The translations under genes were made by a program, and so were the position numbers. 64,000 nt of DNA from Terriglobia bacterium (GTDB lineage Bacteria > Acidobacteriota > Terriglobia > Bryobacterales > UBA6623). Every line of letters begins with the position of its first letter. The first letter of the stretch is position 1. The stretch covers positions 221,348 to 285,347 of the forward strand of contig VXRL01000040.1 of the NCBI GenBank assembly GCA_009838515.1, given 5' to 3'. Below are positions 8,908-18,249 of the stretch, one piece after another. Under the pieces are notes generated by a model that was not told the DNA's origin, searched no databases, and was given only the letters and a program-made list of their open reading frames with translations.

Positions 8908-11900
8908 TTGGAGTTGACCGGCGTGCTCAGGGATCGGACGTGGCAACTCAAGTACACACCGGAGGACGGCGATCTCATTCGTGTCTTCTATGTCCCGGCA
9001 CTCGAGGACGCCAAGCGGTATGACCGACTGACCGGATACTTCAGTGCGGGCGCGTTGGCGCTTGCCGCAAGAGGAATCGAGGGACTGGTTCACAACAAAG
9101 GAAAAATGCGCCTCGTCGTCGGCTGCACCCTCAAGGAAGCCGAAATCGACGCTATCCAGCGGGGCGAGGAATTACGCACCCAAGTTGAACGGCGCTTGAC
9201 CGCACTGCCACTGACCCCGCCGAACACCGACGCCGCAAACGCTCTGGAGTTGCTGGCTTGGATGATCGGACGCAGCCATCTCGACGTGAAGGTCGCTGTT
9301 CCCTGCGACGAGAAACGGCTGCCTGTAAACGATCCGGCGATCTTTCACGAGAAGTCAGGTGTCATCGAGGATCGAATTGGAAACAAGCTCGCCTGGACCG
9401 GCAGCCTTAACGAAACCGAAGCTGGTTGGCAGTCCAACTGGGAGAGTATCAATGTCTTTACCAGCTGGGGCCGAGAACCGAAGAGAGTATCCACTGAAGA
9501 GCGGAACTTCGAGCGTCTGTGGTCCGATACGTCGCCCCGTGCCCTCGTTCTGGACGTGCCGGACGCTGTCAAGCAAGACCTGCTTCGGTTCTTGCCGCGC
9601 GAGGGCCTCCCAACACGGCTGAAGAACGAGCCAAAGAAACCGGAGCCGCCATCACCGCCATTAACAGAACGACAGCGACTGATCTGGACGTTCATTAAGC
9701 GTGCACCATCGCTTCCAAACGGCGGGTCCCGCACGGGTGAAGCCACCGCGGCTGTCACGCCTTGGCCGCACCAAGTTCGGGCATTCGAGCGCCTCTACCA
9801 ACACTGGCCTCCTAGGTTGCTGATCGCGGACGAAGTGGGACTGGGCAAGACAATTCAGGCAGGACTGTTGCTGCGCCAAGCGTGGCTTGCCAGCCTAGCC
9901 AAGCGGATTCTCATTCTCGCTCCTAAAGCCGTCCTGAAGCAGTGGCAGATCGAGCTACGCGAGAAATTCAACCTCAATTGGCCAATCTACGACGGACGTG
10001 CGCTTCGCCGTTACGAGACGCACTCAGTGGGCGGACAGGCCAAGCACGAATCCCCAACAAGACTCTGGCATGAAGAACCAGTGGTAATCGCATCCAGCCA
10101 ACTCATGCGGCGCGCAGACCGCTTCACGACGCTTGTTGAAGACGCTGAGCCGTGGGATCTGATCATCCTAGACGAGGCCCATCATGCCCGCCGAAGCGCC
10201 GCTGGCAGTTCCAAGCAAGGCGGTCCGAATGCCTTGCTCAAGCTCATGCGATCCCTGAAGTCCCGCACCCAAGGGCTGGTCCTGCTGACAGCGACCCCGA
10301 TGCAGGTGCATCCTGTCGAGGTGTGGGACCTTCTGGACCTGCTGGGGCTTCCTCCTGAGTGGGCTGCGCCCGCTTTCCTGGACTTCTTCGAGCTGGTCAA
10401 CAGACCCAAACCGTCTGGAGACGCGTTAGAGCGTATGGCACGAATGTTCCAAGCCGTTGAAAGGGATTTGGGTCCTGCATCCCGCGAGTCTGTTCAGAGA
10501 CTGACGGGACTGTCTCGGTTGAAAGCCGGGAGGTTGCTCAGTGCGCTGCGTGACGGAGCGAGCATTCCTCGTCGCCAGCTCGATCCAGCTGGGCGTAGTG
10601 CGGCAATTGCAGTAATGAGGGCGCATTCTCCGATTCGGTGGCTGATCTCGCGCCATACCCGTGAGCTGCTGCGCCGCTACGCCAAGCAAGGGGTCTTGGC
10701 GACCGCCATTGCGAGGCGCCAAGTTGACGACCTCTTCGTCGAAATGAGTGACGCAGAGTTCGAACTCTACGAGGCCGTCGACGAGTACATCTCGAATACC
10801 TACAACCGAGCAGCCAGTGCCGAGAGGTCAGCAGTTGGCTTCGTGATGACGGTCTATCGTCGCCGTCTTGCAAGCAGCTTCGCCGCCCTACGCGCCACCC
10901 TGGAGAAGCGCCGCGATGCCAGATTGCACGATGCGGTCATGTCGGCGGAGGACTCGGAAGAAGACATGGCGGACGACGAGGCACTCGACGACGTGCTAGA
11001 CGAAGAAGAAGTGGCAGCCATCGCGTCCCAAGCGCTTGCCTTCGAGGAGTTAGGCGAGATCGAAAGACTGCTGGAATCGATCCAATCGCTGCCGCCCGAC
11101 AGCAAGCTCGATTGGCTCAACAAGACCTTGGACGAACTGGCAATACAGGGGTACGGCCAAGTCATGGTGTTTACCCAATACACCGCCACAATGGACTTTC
11201 TGCGCGAAGCGCTTCGCTCGCGGAGCGATCTGCGCCTGATGTGCTTCTCTGGCCGCGGCGGTGAGATTCCCTCAGGTGGGGTCCAGACTGCGTGGCTTCG
11301 GATCGACCGAGAGCAAGTCAAGCGCCGGTTTAGGGACGGCCAAGCCGATGTGCTGCTTTGCACCGACGCCGCTTCGGAAGGACTGAATTTCCAATTTTGC
11401 GGAGCGCTCGTCAACTACGACATGCCGTGGAATCCGATGCGAGTTGAGCAGCGGATTGGACGCATCGACCGAGTTGGTCAACACCATGAGTCCGTGCGAG
11501 TGGTAAACCTCCACTACAAGAACACCGTCGAGACGGACGTTTATCGGGCACTACGCAATCGCATCGGCCTCTTCGAGCAGGTCGTCGGCCGTTTACAGCC
11601 AATCCTCGCAAGAATGCCGAAGGCCGTCGCGGATGCTGTGCTGGCCGGACGGAAGTCTGCTGATGCGCGAAACGTCGCCGACCGAATCCAAGAACAAGTC
11701 GCCGAAGAGGAGCGCGGTGGATTCGATATCGAGACTGCCCTCGATTCCGAGACCGCAATGCCGGACCGGCCACCGTCGCCAATCACAATGGATGACCTCG
11801 ACCGGGTGATCCGTGAGCCCGACCTGATGCCTCCGGGAGTGCAGGTGCAACCGATGGGGCCGCGAGAGTACAGCCTGCTCGCTCCAGGAATGAAGGAGCC

Positions 11901-12054
11901 TATTCGGATAACGACAGATCCGGAGTACTACGAGGAAAACTCCGAGAGTGTTGAGTTGTGGTCGCCAGGCAACCCGTTCTTCAAGGGGCCCGAACCAACT
12001 CAAGGCCTGGATGTTCCAGCCGGCACGACTCTGAAGGACTTACTCGAAACGTAG
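8908..12054 (+). CDS. PLD-nuclease domain + SNF2-family helicase
   Basis: N-terminal TGYFS..., FHEKSGVIED (HxK motif) and TGSLNET; helicase motifs LIADEVGLGKT, DEAHH, LLTATP, EGLNFQ and PWNPMRVEQRIGRIDR. Confidence 0.9.
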   Translation: MELTGVLRDRTWQLKYTPEDGDLIRVFYVPALEDAKRYDRLTGYFSAGALALAARGIEGLVHNKGKMRLVVGCTLKEAEIDAIQRGEELRTQVERRLTALPLTPPNTDAANALELLAWMIGRSHLDVKVAVPCDEKRLPVNDPAIFHEKSGVIEDRIGNKLAWTGSLNETEAGWQSNWESINVFTSWGREPKRVSTEERNFERLWSDTSPRALVLDVPDAVKQDLLRFLPREGLPTRLKNEPKKPEPPSPPLTERQRLIWTFIKRAPSLPNGGSRTGEATAAVTPWPHQVRAFERLYQHWPPRLLIADEVGLGKTIQAGLLLRQAWLASLAKRILILAPKAVLKQWQIELREKFNLNWPIYDGRALRRYETHSVGGQAKHESPTRLWHEEPVVIASSQLMRRADRFTTLVEDAEPWDLIILDEAHHARRSAAGSSKQGGPNALLKLMRSLKSRTQGLVLLTATPMQVHPVEVWDLLDLLGLPPEWAAPAFLDFFELVNRPKPSGDALERMARMFQAVERDLGPASRESVQRLTGLSRLKAGRLLSALRDGASIPRRQLDPAGRSAAIAVMRAHSPIRWLISRHTRELLRRYAKQGVLATAIARRQVDDLFVEMSDAEFELYEAVDEYISNTYNRAASAERSAVGFVMTVYRRRLASSFAALRATLEKRRDARLHDAVMSAEDSEEDMADDEALDDVLDEEEVAAIASQALAFEELGEIERLLESIQSLPPDSKLDWLNKTLDELAIQGYGQVMVFTQYTATMDFLREALRSRSDLRLMCFSGRGGEIPSGGVQTAWLRIDREQVKRRFRDGQADVLLCTDAASEGLNFQFCGALVNYDMPWNPMRVEQRIGRIDRVGQHHESVRVVNLHYKNTVETDVYRALRNRIGLFEQVVGRLQPILARMPKAVADAVLAGRKSADARNVADRIQEQVAEEERGGFDIETALDSETAMPDRPPSPITMDDLDRVIREPDLMPPGVQVQPMGPREYSLLAPGMKEPIRITTDPEYYEENSESVELWSPGNPFFKGPEPTQGLDVPAGTTLKDLLET

Positions 12055-12540
12055 GGCTCCTGGCCACGTTTGACCACCAGAGGCAGCCAAGCCTCCGATG
12101 ACTCCGAGGATCTAGCGATTCGGAGGGGTAAATCCGAAGTGCACTGCGGCGCTAGTCGAGTCGCGTGGGGACTGCTGCGCTCACCTTCTTGGCCGCTCCC
12201 AGTGCGCTAACGTGCGGTGTCAAAGCCCGCTCGAGGGTGTTCTAAGCGATTTGCCGATTGAAGTCGGGAGAGAGAGTTCGGGTCGCTCCACGGTGAACCT
12301 AGATTCGAATTGACCGTAGGGGGGATGCCCTTCATTACCACAGGGGCCGCGCTCCACGGTGAGAGTTGTAACGCACACACCTTGCAACGCACATCGGACC
12401 TACGAGGCACACAGCATGCGAACGCCATTGGCTGCAACTCGTCTCATTCCACTAGAACTTTGGCGACGCTGGCGCTGCCCAGCCGGCCCAATGAAGGTGT
12501 GTCATGATTGCTATGCTGGATTCCTCGGTTCGACGATGTA

Positions 12541-13056
12541 ATGGCCCTGATGGATCTTGGCGGCTGGATTGAGCGCGTCTACGAAGAAGAGGATTTCGGA
12601 CGGAACATCGCCATTGCTGCCGCAGGGGCCGCAGGACTGGGCGCGTACCTCCTTCAGGGAGATTGGGTAGTAGCTGCGTTCGTTGCCGTGATCGTCTTCT
12701 CGATTGTCAAGGTCGCGGCCTCTTCGTGGCATTCGGATCGGAAGCAGTCCCGAGAACGCAGCGATCACACGGACCGGATGAACCGGCTGTTCGAAGATCT
12801 CAGCCCGAGGGAACAGGCTGTAGTGCGGGCATTTGTTTCGCATGGAGGCTGTGTTGTCAGTTGGGCGAATGCCACTCCCTCGAAGGGCTTTGATAGCACT
12901 GGGATAGACTCACTGATCAAGCGCAGGCTGATCTATTCGTCCATTTCAGTCGATGGGATCAGAGACACGTTTGAGCTGGATGCTGAACTGTTCGACTACG
13001 CACAAGCGCTCGTGGCCGAAGACCTCCCAGAAGACACCGACGACATACCGTTCTAG
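12541..13056 (+). CDS. Two-TM membrane protein with a cytoplasmic winged-helix-like domain and C-terminal DDIPF (SieB-like architecture)
   Basis: Two hydrophobic segments, then LSPREQAVVRAF; ends EDTDDIPF-stop. Start uncertain (12508/12541/12550). Confidence 0.6.
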   Translation: MALMDLGGWIERVYEEEDFGRNIAIAAAGAAGLGAYLLQGDWVVAAFVAVIVFSIVKVAASSWHSDRKQSRERSDHTDRMNRLFEDLSPREQAVVRAFVSHGGCVVSWANATPSKGFDSTGIDSLIKRRLIYSSISVDGIRDTFELDAELFDYAQALVAEDLPEDTDDIPF

Positions 13057-13370
13057 CTGGCGTCATCGTCCTTTTCGAAATTGAAGGTCACGCGCTGCGT
13101 GTTCAGGCTTAGCAGTGCTCCGACGAGCGCGATATAGACCTCCGCCTCTGCAAGTCGCTGCTTGGTGTTGTTGTTGGGCTGGGCCTTGGCGGCCAGCTCG
13201 TCCCGCTTGTTGGTCAGCCCGTCCATGGCCACCTCCAGCGCGTCGGCGTCTCCGGGACGTTCGCTCGCCCATGTGGCCAGCTCCCGGGGGGTCGCTTCAT
13301 CGATGCTCTTGGTCACTCGACGCGTGAAGCTCACGGTCAGTGTGTTGGTTTTTTGGCTGGTCGTTGACAT
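13053..13370 (-). CDS. Hypothetical ~105-aa protein
   Basis: AAGGAG ribosome-binding site upstream, AT-rich promoter region, GC3-rich codons; 4-nt convergent overlap with the previous gene. Confidence 0.65.
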   Translation of the reverse strand: MSTTSQKTNTLTVSFTRRVTKSIDEATPRELATWASERPGDADALEVAMDGLTNKRDELAAKAQPNNNTKQRLAEAEVYIALVGALLSLNTQRVTFNFEKDDDAS

Positions 13371-13379
13371 GGTCAATAC

Positions 13380-13540
13380 ACTCCTTAGAACTATTCTATA
13401 TGAAATTTCAATAATATGCCAAGAGATTGGTGCAAGAAAATTTCCATGTGATGACAGCGAAGTGTAAACACTCCACCAATAATTGATTAAATCTTATTAA
13501 ATCAATTATTTACGGAATATCTAGGGTCTCTATATTTGAC
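13380..13540. promoter_or_regulatory. AT-rich regulatory tract with a 10-bp inverted repeat and an IHF-consensus match
   Basis: AATAATTGAT(13478)-N13-ATCAATTATT(13510); AATCAATTATTTA at 13500-13512 matches WATCAANNNNTTR; further palindromes TGAAATTTCA (13401) and AGTGTAAACACT (13461). Confidence 0.5.
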
Positions 13541-13912
13541 CAATATCGACATCGCTGAGCTATGGGTGTAGTGGGGGCCTCCGTTGATGATGCAGAATCC
13601 CCGCCCTGCTAGCTCAAACTCGGCGGTCATGATATCGCCGGCCTTACCCATTCCGGCTTCGCTGTAGCGAGTGATCCGGGTGACGCGGGAGTCTACAAAG
13701 CACGACGTGTAGACTTATGGGGCTTCCCCGACCAAACCATCGAACCACAGATTGGTGACGATATTCTGCATGCCTCAATCTCTACCGTTTAGGGCGAACT
13801 CGTCGGTAGAGGGACCGACGATCGAGCGTCGGCCATCTGACCTGCGGTTACCAGCGCGTCTTCGCAAGCCCAACCCTTGGGGGACGGCGATTCCCCGTTC
13901 ACGAATCGAACT

Positions 13913-14389
13913 TCACAGTTTGTCGAAGCCACGCCAGCCGGGCAAGGCGGCCGCCTGCCGGACCCATGTTGCCATCTGCTCCTCGTCAAGTTCGCCTTCG
14001 TAGATGTCGGCCCAGCGGGCGTCCCTGTCTTTGCCCGAGCCGGGTGGGACGGGACGAAGGGCCGCTCCGTTCAAGAAAGTCACTTTCACGTAGCGGGTGA
14101 ACACGTGATAGCTGAGAAACCACCCTTCGCCCTCGACGCCATACCATGGCGAGTTCCACCTCACCGCCTTGCGCACGTTGGGCACAGTGCGCAGGATGAG
14201 ATCGTCAAGGCGGCGCCCAACATCGCTTTTCCAACCCGGCATGGCGGAAATGTATGCCTGCACTGGGGCGTCGCCGTCGGCCTTCGCGATCTGAGGATTG
14301 CCACCCGAAAGCAGGACCACCTCTCCGCCAGAGTTTTCGGTGGTCTTCGTGGAGGCCCTGGCCGACCTCTCGGACGTTTGACCGGCCAT
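13913..14389 (-). CDS. DUF1801 (YdhG-like) domain protein
   Basis: LLSGGNPQIAKADGDAPVQAYI...VRKAVRWNSPWYG...VKVTFLNGAAL pattern; GGAGAG upstream of ATG 14389. Confidence 0.8.
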   Translation of the reverse strand: MAGQTSERSARASTKTTENSGGEVVLLSGGNPQIAKADGDAPVQAYISAMPGWKSDVGRRLDDLILRTVPNVRKAVRWNSPWYGVEGEGWFLSYHVFTRYVKVTFLNGAALRPVPPGSGKDRDARWADIYEGELDEEQMATWVRQAAALPGWRGFDKL

Positions 14390-14556
14390 TGATTTCACTC
14401 TCTCCGTAGCGGACCTCAGAGGACAAAATGCCAGACTCTTCAGCGGTAGAGCCAACCGAGAGTAGTCGTTGCACCGACGCCCGACTAACGCAAACAAGCC
14501 TTTGGCCAATCGGAATCGCAGGCCCGAACCTCGGCTGTAAGGTGCGTTACACGACG

Positions 14557-14643
14557 CTAGAGCCCTTCCGCTCTTGAGCTGAGTGCCTGGTATTGTAGAC
14601 GACCGCCTCTCGCAGCGATCACCGCGCTCGAATCAGCCGCGAT
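14557..14643 (-). pseudogene. Truncated VapC/PIN toxin remnant (N-terminus only)
   Basis: A frame overlapping the antitoxin end reads IAADSSAVIA (PIN first beta-strand with Asp), then diverges and stops after 28 codons; no start codon. Confidence 0.5.
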
Positions 14644-14839
14644 CTTCCCGAAGCCGGTCCAGATCGACCGAGAATTCTACGTTGCCGCGGAGTTCTCTGA
14701 GCGTTTGGTGCGCAGTCCGGGCTGCCACCATGCGCAATCCCTCGCGCACGGTCGCCGCGACGCCTTGGCCGGTTGCCTCTTGAGCCTTCGCCAAGAGGTC
14801 GGCGGGCACATTTACCGTGATCTTCTGTCGCGCTTCCAC
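14633..14839 (-). CDS. VapB-like RHH antitoxin
   Basis: KITVNVPADLLAKAQEATG...TVREGL...LRELRGNVEFSVDLDRLREDR is typical of VapB32-like antitoxins. Confidence 0.75.
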   Translation of the reverse strand: MEARQKITVNVPADLLAKAQEATGQGVAATVREGLRMVAARTAHQTLRELRGNVEFSVDLDRLREDRG

Positions 14840-15007
14840 TGCCGCCCTCGCACCGTAGCACAGGCTGTAAACCGATCCGGAAACTCGAACCGGCCTATCT
14901 TGCCGGCACGTCGTGCCAGCTTGGTGGCGAGTGACCCGTCCAATGCACGTCGCCGCCCCGACAGGGCTAAAGGCTGCTGGCCTCCAGCGCTGCGGTCGAA
15001 TGCGAAC

Positions 15008-16150
15008 TCAGACGATCTGAACCAGACTTGCGATCAACGCAGCCCGATCGGCAATGCGGTCCACCAAGATGCTCTCGTGAAGCGCGTGGGCCCCTTCTCC
15101 CACGGCTCCGAGCCCGTCAAGCGTCGGTATGCCCATCGCGGCGGTCGTGTTGCCATCGGAGCCGCCGCCAACCGATGCTTCGCCCAAGCCAACGCCCAAC
15201 TGAGAGGAGATCGCCTTGGCGCACTCATACAGCCGAACGACGTCCGCGGTTCGCTCCAGCGGCGGCTTCCTGACACCACCGGAGACAATGACGGTGCAGC
15301 GTGGATCCACGGGGGCGAGCGATCCGAACCGCTCTTCGAGTCGAGCACCCTGCTCGCGCGTGGAAAACCGCACGTCGAATTCCGCCCAGGCGTGTTCGGC
15401 CACCACGTTCGACGCCGATCCTCCGCGCGCCAGTCCGGGATTGACTGTCATGCCCTGTTCTAGGTCCGTCCATGACGACGCCGCCTGAATCTGGCGGGTG
15501 AGTTCTAGAATCGCGCTAGCCCCGGCGGCGAAATCCAATCCGGCGTGAGTGGCCACACCCTCGACCGACACCTTGAACGTTGCCCCGCCCTTACGCGACG
15601 TCTTCAGGTTGCCCTCCAGTCCGGCACTCGGCTCGGCCACAAGCACGGCCGCACTTTGCGCGGCCTCCTTGCGTACTTGCGAGGTGGAAGACGGGCTTCC
15701 GATCTCCTCGTCGGAGTTCAGCTGCACCACGAAGCGCCGGCGGGCCTCCAAGCCAAGCTCGCGAAGCGCGCGCGCCGCGAAGATCAAGTACGCCACGCCC
15801 GCCTTCATGTCGAACACTCCCGGACCCCACAAACGTCCGTCTGCCTGCTTCCAAGGCATGCGCTGCAGCGTCCCAACATTCCAGACGGTGTCGATATGCC
15901 CTAGGCCGAGCACTTGGCCGTCCGCCTTGCTGGGAGTGTCGAACTCGATCCGCAGGTGGTCTCCGTGCTCGGACTGTTCCAAGCGGGTGACTCTCGCAAT
16001 GTCCTCAGCCGCATCCGCCACGGCAGTGCCCATTCGGTCGACCGCCGCCTTGTCGCAAGTCGGGGATTCGATCTCCACAAAGGTTCGGATCAAGGCGATG
16101 ATCTCGCCCTCGCGCTCGCGCATGTAGCTGAGGATCGTTCGGCTGTCCAC
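15008..16150 (-). CDS. M20 family metallopeptidase (glutamate carboxypeptidase-like)
   Basis: GHIDTV, GPGVFDMKAG, SDEEIGS, EP, GGGSDGN and GAH metal-binding motifs. Confidence 0.9.
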   Translation of the reverse strand: MDSRTILSYMREREGEIIALIRTFVEIESPTCDKAAVDRMGTAVADAAEDIARVTRLEQSEHGDHLRIEFDTPSKADGQVLGLGHIDTVWNVGTLQRMPWKQADGRLWGPGVFDMKAGVAYLIFAARALRELGLEARRRFVVQLNSDEEIGSPSSTSQVRKEAAQSAAVLVAEPSAGLEGNLKTSRKGGATFKVSVEGVATHAGLDFAAGASAILELTRQIQAASSWTDLEQGMTVNPGLARGGSASNVVAEHAWAEFDVRFSTREQGARLEERFGSLAPVDPRCTVIVSGGVRKPPLERTADVVRLYECAKAISSQLGVGLGEASVGGGSDGNTTAAMGIPTLDGLGAVGEGAHALHESILVDRIADRAALIASLVQIV

Positions 16151-16175
16151 TGCTTGCTCCGCCTTCCGAAGAAGG

Positions 16176-16736
16176 CTATTCCACTATCGCGACGGCCCGG
16201 CTCGGCTCCAAGCGCAGTCCGCTGAGCCCGGTCTGTACTTCGGCCTCTTCGCCCGTTAAGTAGGGCCGAAACTCCGGCGGGGCGTACGCCTCGATGAGCC
16301 AGCCCACGACCGACTCCGGGATTTCGACGCCCTCAACCAGAACTGAGACTACATTCAGGGACCCCCGCCCGTCCTCGATCGCCAAATCGCTGTCTATCAG
16401 AATCGAGCGCGTCCCCTTCAGCAGCAGCCGCATCAAGACGGGCAGGTTCTCTAGCGCCTTGCCGGCCACCTCCAGGTCGATCTGCGCTCCAAGGACCGCC
16501 CCCCCTTGGCGCAGCGACACTTCAACGTTCTCGACACCGTCTGGCAGCGCCAGCGCTCCATGGATCTTGAGAAACGCGTTCAGCTCGTCCTCGGAGAATT
16601 CCACGGCCGTACCGCTGGGCAGGGACTTATCCGCGATCTGCTGGAGTTTCCGCGCGGCAGACAGCGAAGCCGCTTCGTCAACTGCGGCCGTCCCCACCTG
16701 CAACGCCAAACAGAGCGAGAGAGCGAGCACCCGCAC
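16176..16736 (-). CDS. Hypothetical secreted protein
   Basis: Signal-peptide-like N-terminus; tightly packed in the rnc operon. Confidence 0.7.
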   Translation of the reverse strand: MRVLALSLCLALQVGTAAVDEAASLSAARKLQQIADKSLPSGTAVEFSEDELNAFLKIHGALALPDGVENVEVSLRQGGAVLGAQIDLEVAGKALENLPVLMRLLLKGTRSILIDSDLAIEDGRGSLNVVSVLVEGVEIPESVVGWLIEAYAPPEFRPYLTGEEAEVQTGLSGLRLEPSRAVAIVE

Positions 16737-16741
16737 GACTC

Positions 16742-17488
16742 TCAGGCCTCCGCCCCGGCCGCTACGCCCGCTCCGGAAGTCGGATCCGAAGCTTCCGATT
16801 CCAGCAACATCCGCAAGAGCTGCGCGGCCGCCTCGCTCTCGGCGGCCCGCTTTGTGGGACCAGTGCCAGTCCCTACGAGGTCTCCGCTGCGAGCCTCGAC
16901 GAAGAAAGTCGGTCTATTGTCTGACCCTTCGGTGCGAACCACGGCGTACCGCGGCCGCTCCCGCCGGCGCGCCTGCAGCCACTCTTGCAGTGCCGCCTTG
17001 TGGTTGCCCTCGTCCGGCGACCGGTCCAGGGCGTCCGACATGTCGCCGGAGAGCATGCACTGTGCAACCACCCGCTTCGCCGCAGCGATACCGCCATCGA
17101 GATACACCGCGCCCAGCACCGCCTCGAATGCGTTGGCCAAGAGCCGCTGCTCGGTCCGATCACCGACGAGACACTGCCCCCCACCCACCTGCAGGTACTC
17201 CGCCAGGTCTAGCCTGTCGGCAACATGGGCCAAGCGCTCGTTGCTCACGTGGAGCGACTTCAGCTTGGTCAATTCTCCTGAACCGGCGTCGGGGAAACGC
17301 TCAAGCAGGACATCGCTGAGGCATAGGTCTAGCACCGTGTCACCGAGAAACTCCAGCCTTTCGTTGGAGCCGCCCGCGCCAAGAACCGCCGAGCGATGGG
17401 TCAGCGCCAGGCGCAGGCGGCCAAGGTCGCGAAAGCAGTGGCCGAGCCGCTCAGCGAAGTGCCGCAGGTCTGCTTCGCCGGGCACCAT
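16742..17488 (-). CDS. rnc: Ribonuclease III
   Basis: LALTHRS, SNERLEFLGD, ANAFEAVLGAVYLDGG and C-terminal dsRBD (NHKAALQEWLQ). Confidence 0.95.
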   Translation of the reverse strand: MVPGEADLRHFAERLGHCFRDLGRLRLALTHRSAVLGAGGSNERLEFLGDTVLDLCLSDVLLERFPDAGSGELTKLKSLHVSNERLAHVADRLDLAEYLQVGGGQCLVGDRTEQRLLANAFEAVLGAVYLDGGIAAAKRVVAQCMLSGDMSDALDRSPDEGNHKAALQEWLQARRRERPRYAVVRTEGSDNRPTFFVEARSGDLVGTGTGPTKRAAESEAAAQLLRMLLESEASDPTSGAGVAAGAEA

Positions 17489-17505
17489 CGCCCAAACTCG
17501 ACTGC

Positions 17506-18249
17506 CTACAGGCCCTGCTTAAGCTCTGCGCAGAGATCGGTTCCGGCACCGCCTACGAATCCGCCTAGATCGGAGCATCGCTGAGCCTCGGCAGCCGCCT
17601 CTTCGTTCTTGCCTTGCTTGGACAGAACCAGGGCCAGATTGTAGATCGTGAACGGCACAGGCTGTGCTGACAGTGCAATCGCCTGGCGGAACGAGGCTTC
17701 GGAAGCAGCGAAGTCTTCCCGCTTCAGTGCAACGCCGCCCAAGGCTTCGTGGCACTGCGACATGAACTCCTTGCGAGTGGCCAACCACGCGTCATCTGTC
17801 ATGTTGGGATCCATCTTGGCCAGCGTGGGGATCAGCCCCATCGCCCGCTTGGCATAGTCCTCGGCCTTGGCGAGCTTCTCTTCCTTGTCCAGATCGAATT
17901 CCCGGGTACGGGTCGGGATCGCGCCGGCGAGCGAGATCAGGGTCCCCGCCATGACGCCCGGCGCGGGATTGCTTTCCAGCACCATGTCGCCGTACAGCAG
18001 CATGTTGTCGAAGTCGTTCAGCTGCTGGTACGACAGCATCGTCATGTACGCTGCCAGGCCGGCCGCTTCGCTTTCCGGGTAGGTCGACAGAAACGCCTCG
18101 CCGGCGGCGGCTCGCTCTGGGACAGAGGCTGCGCTCTGCACGGCGATGAAGGCGTCGACCTCTTCTTGAGACTTGAAATTCGGCTGCTGGGCCAGCAGGC
18201 CCGCCGCGCACAGACACGCAGCCAGAGCCAGGGTCAAGATTCGTTTCAT
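17506..18249 (-). CDS. Secreted tetratricopeptide-repeat protein
   Basis: Signal peptide MKRILTLALAACL; TPR-like helices; GGAGG upstream. Confidence 0.75.
   Translation of the reverse strand: MKRILTLALAACLCAAGLLAQQPNFKSQEEVDAFIAVQSAASVPERAAAGEAFLSTYPESEAAGLAAYMTMLSYQQLNDFDNMLLYGDMVLESNPAPGVMAGTLISLAGAIPTRTREFDLDKEEKLAKAEDYAKRAMGLIPTLAKMDPNMTDDAWLATRKEFMSQCHEALGGVALKREDFAASEASFRQAIALSAQPVPFTIYNLALVLSKQGKNEEAAAEAQRCSDLGGFVGGAGTDLCAELKQGL

Noticed and set aside
12228-12362. CGCTCCACGGTGA repeated at 12284 and 12350, with a degenerate copy at 12228, as a mini CRISPR array
   Set aside because: Only 13 bp, two exact copies, irregular spacing (56/66 nt), and no cas genes in the window.
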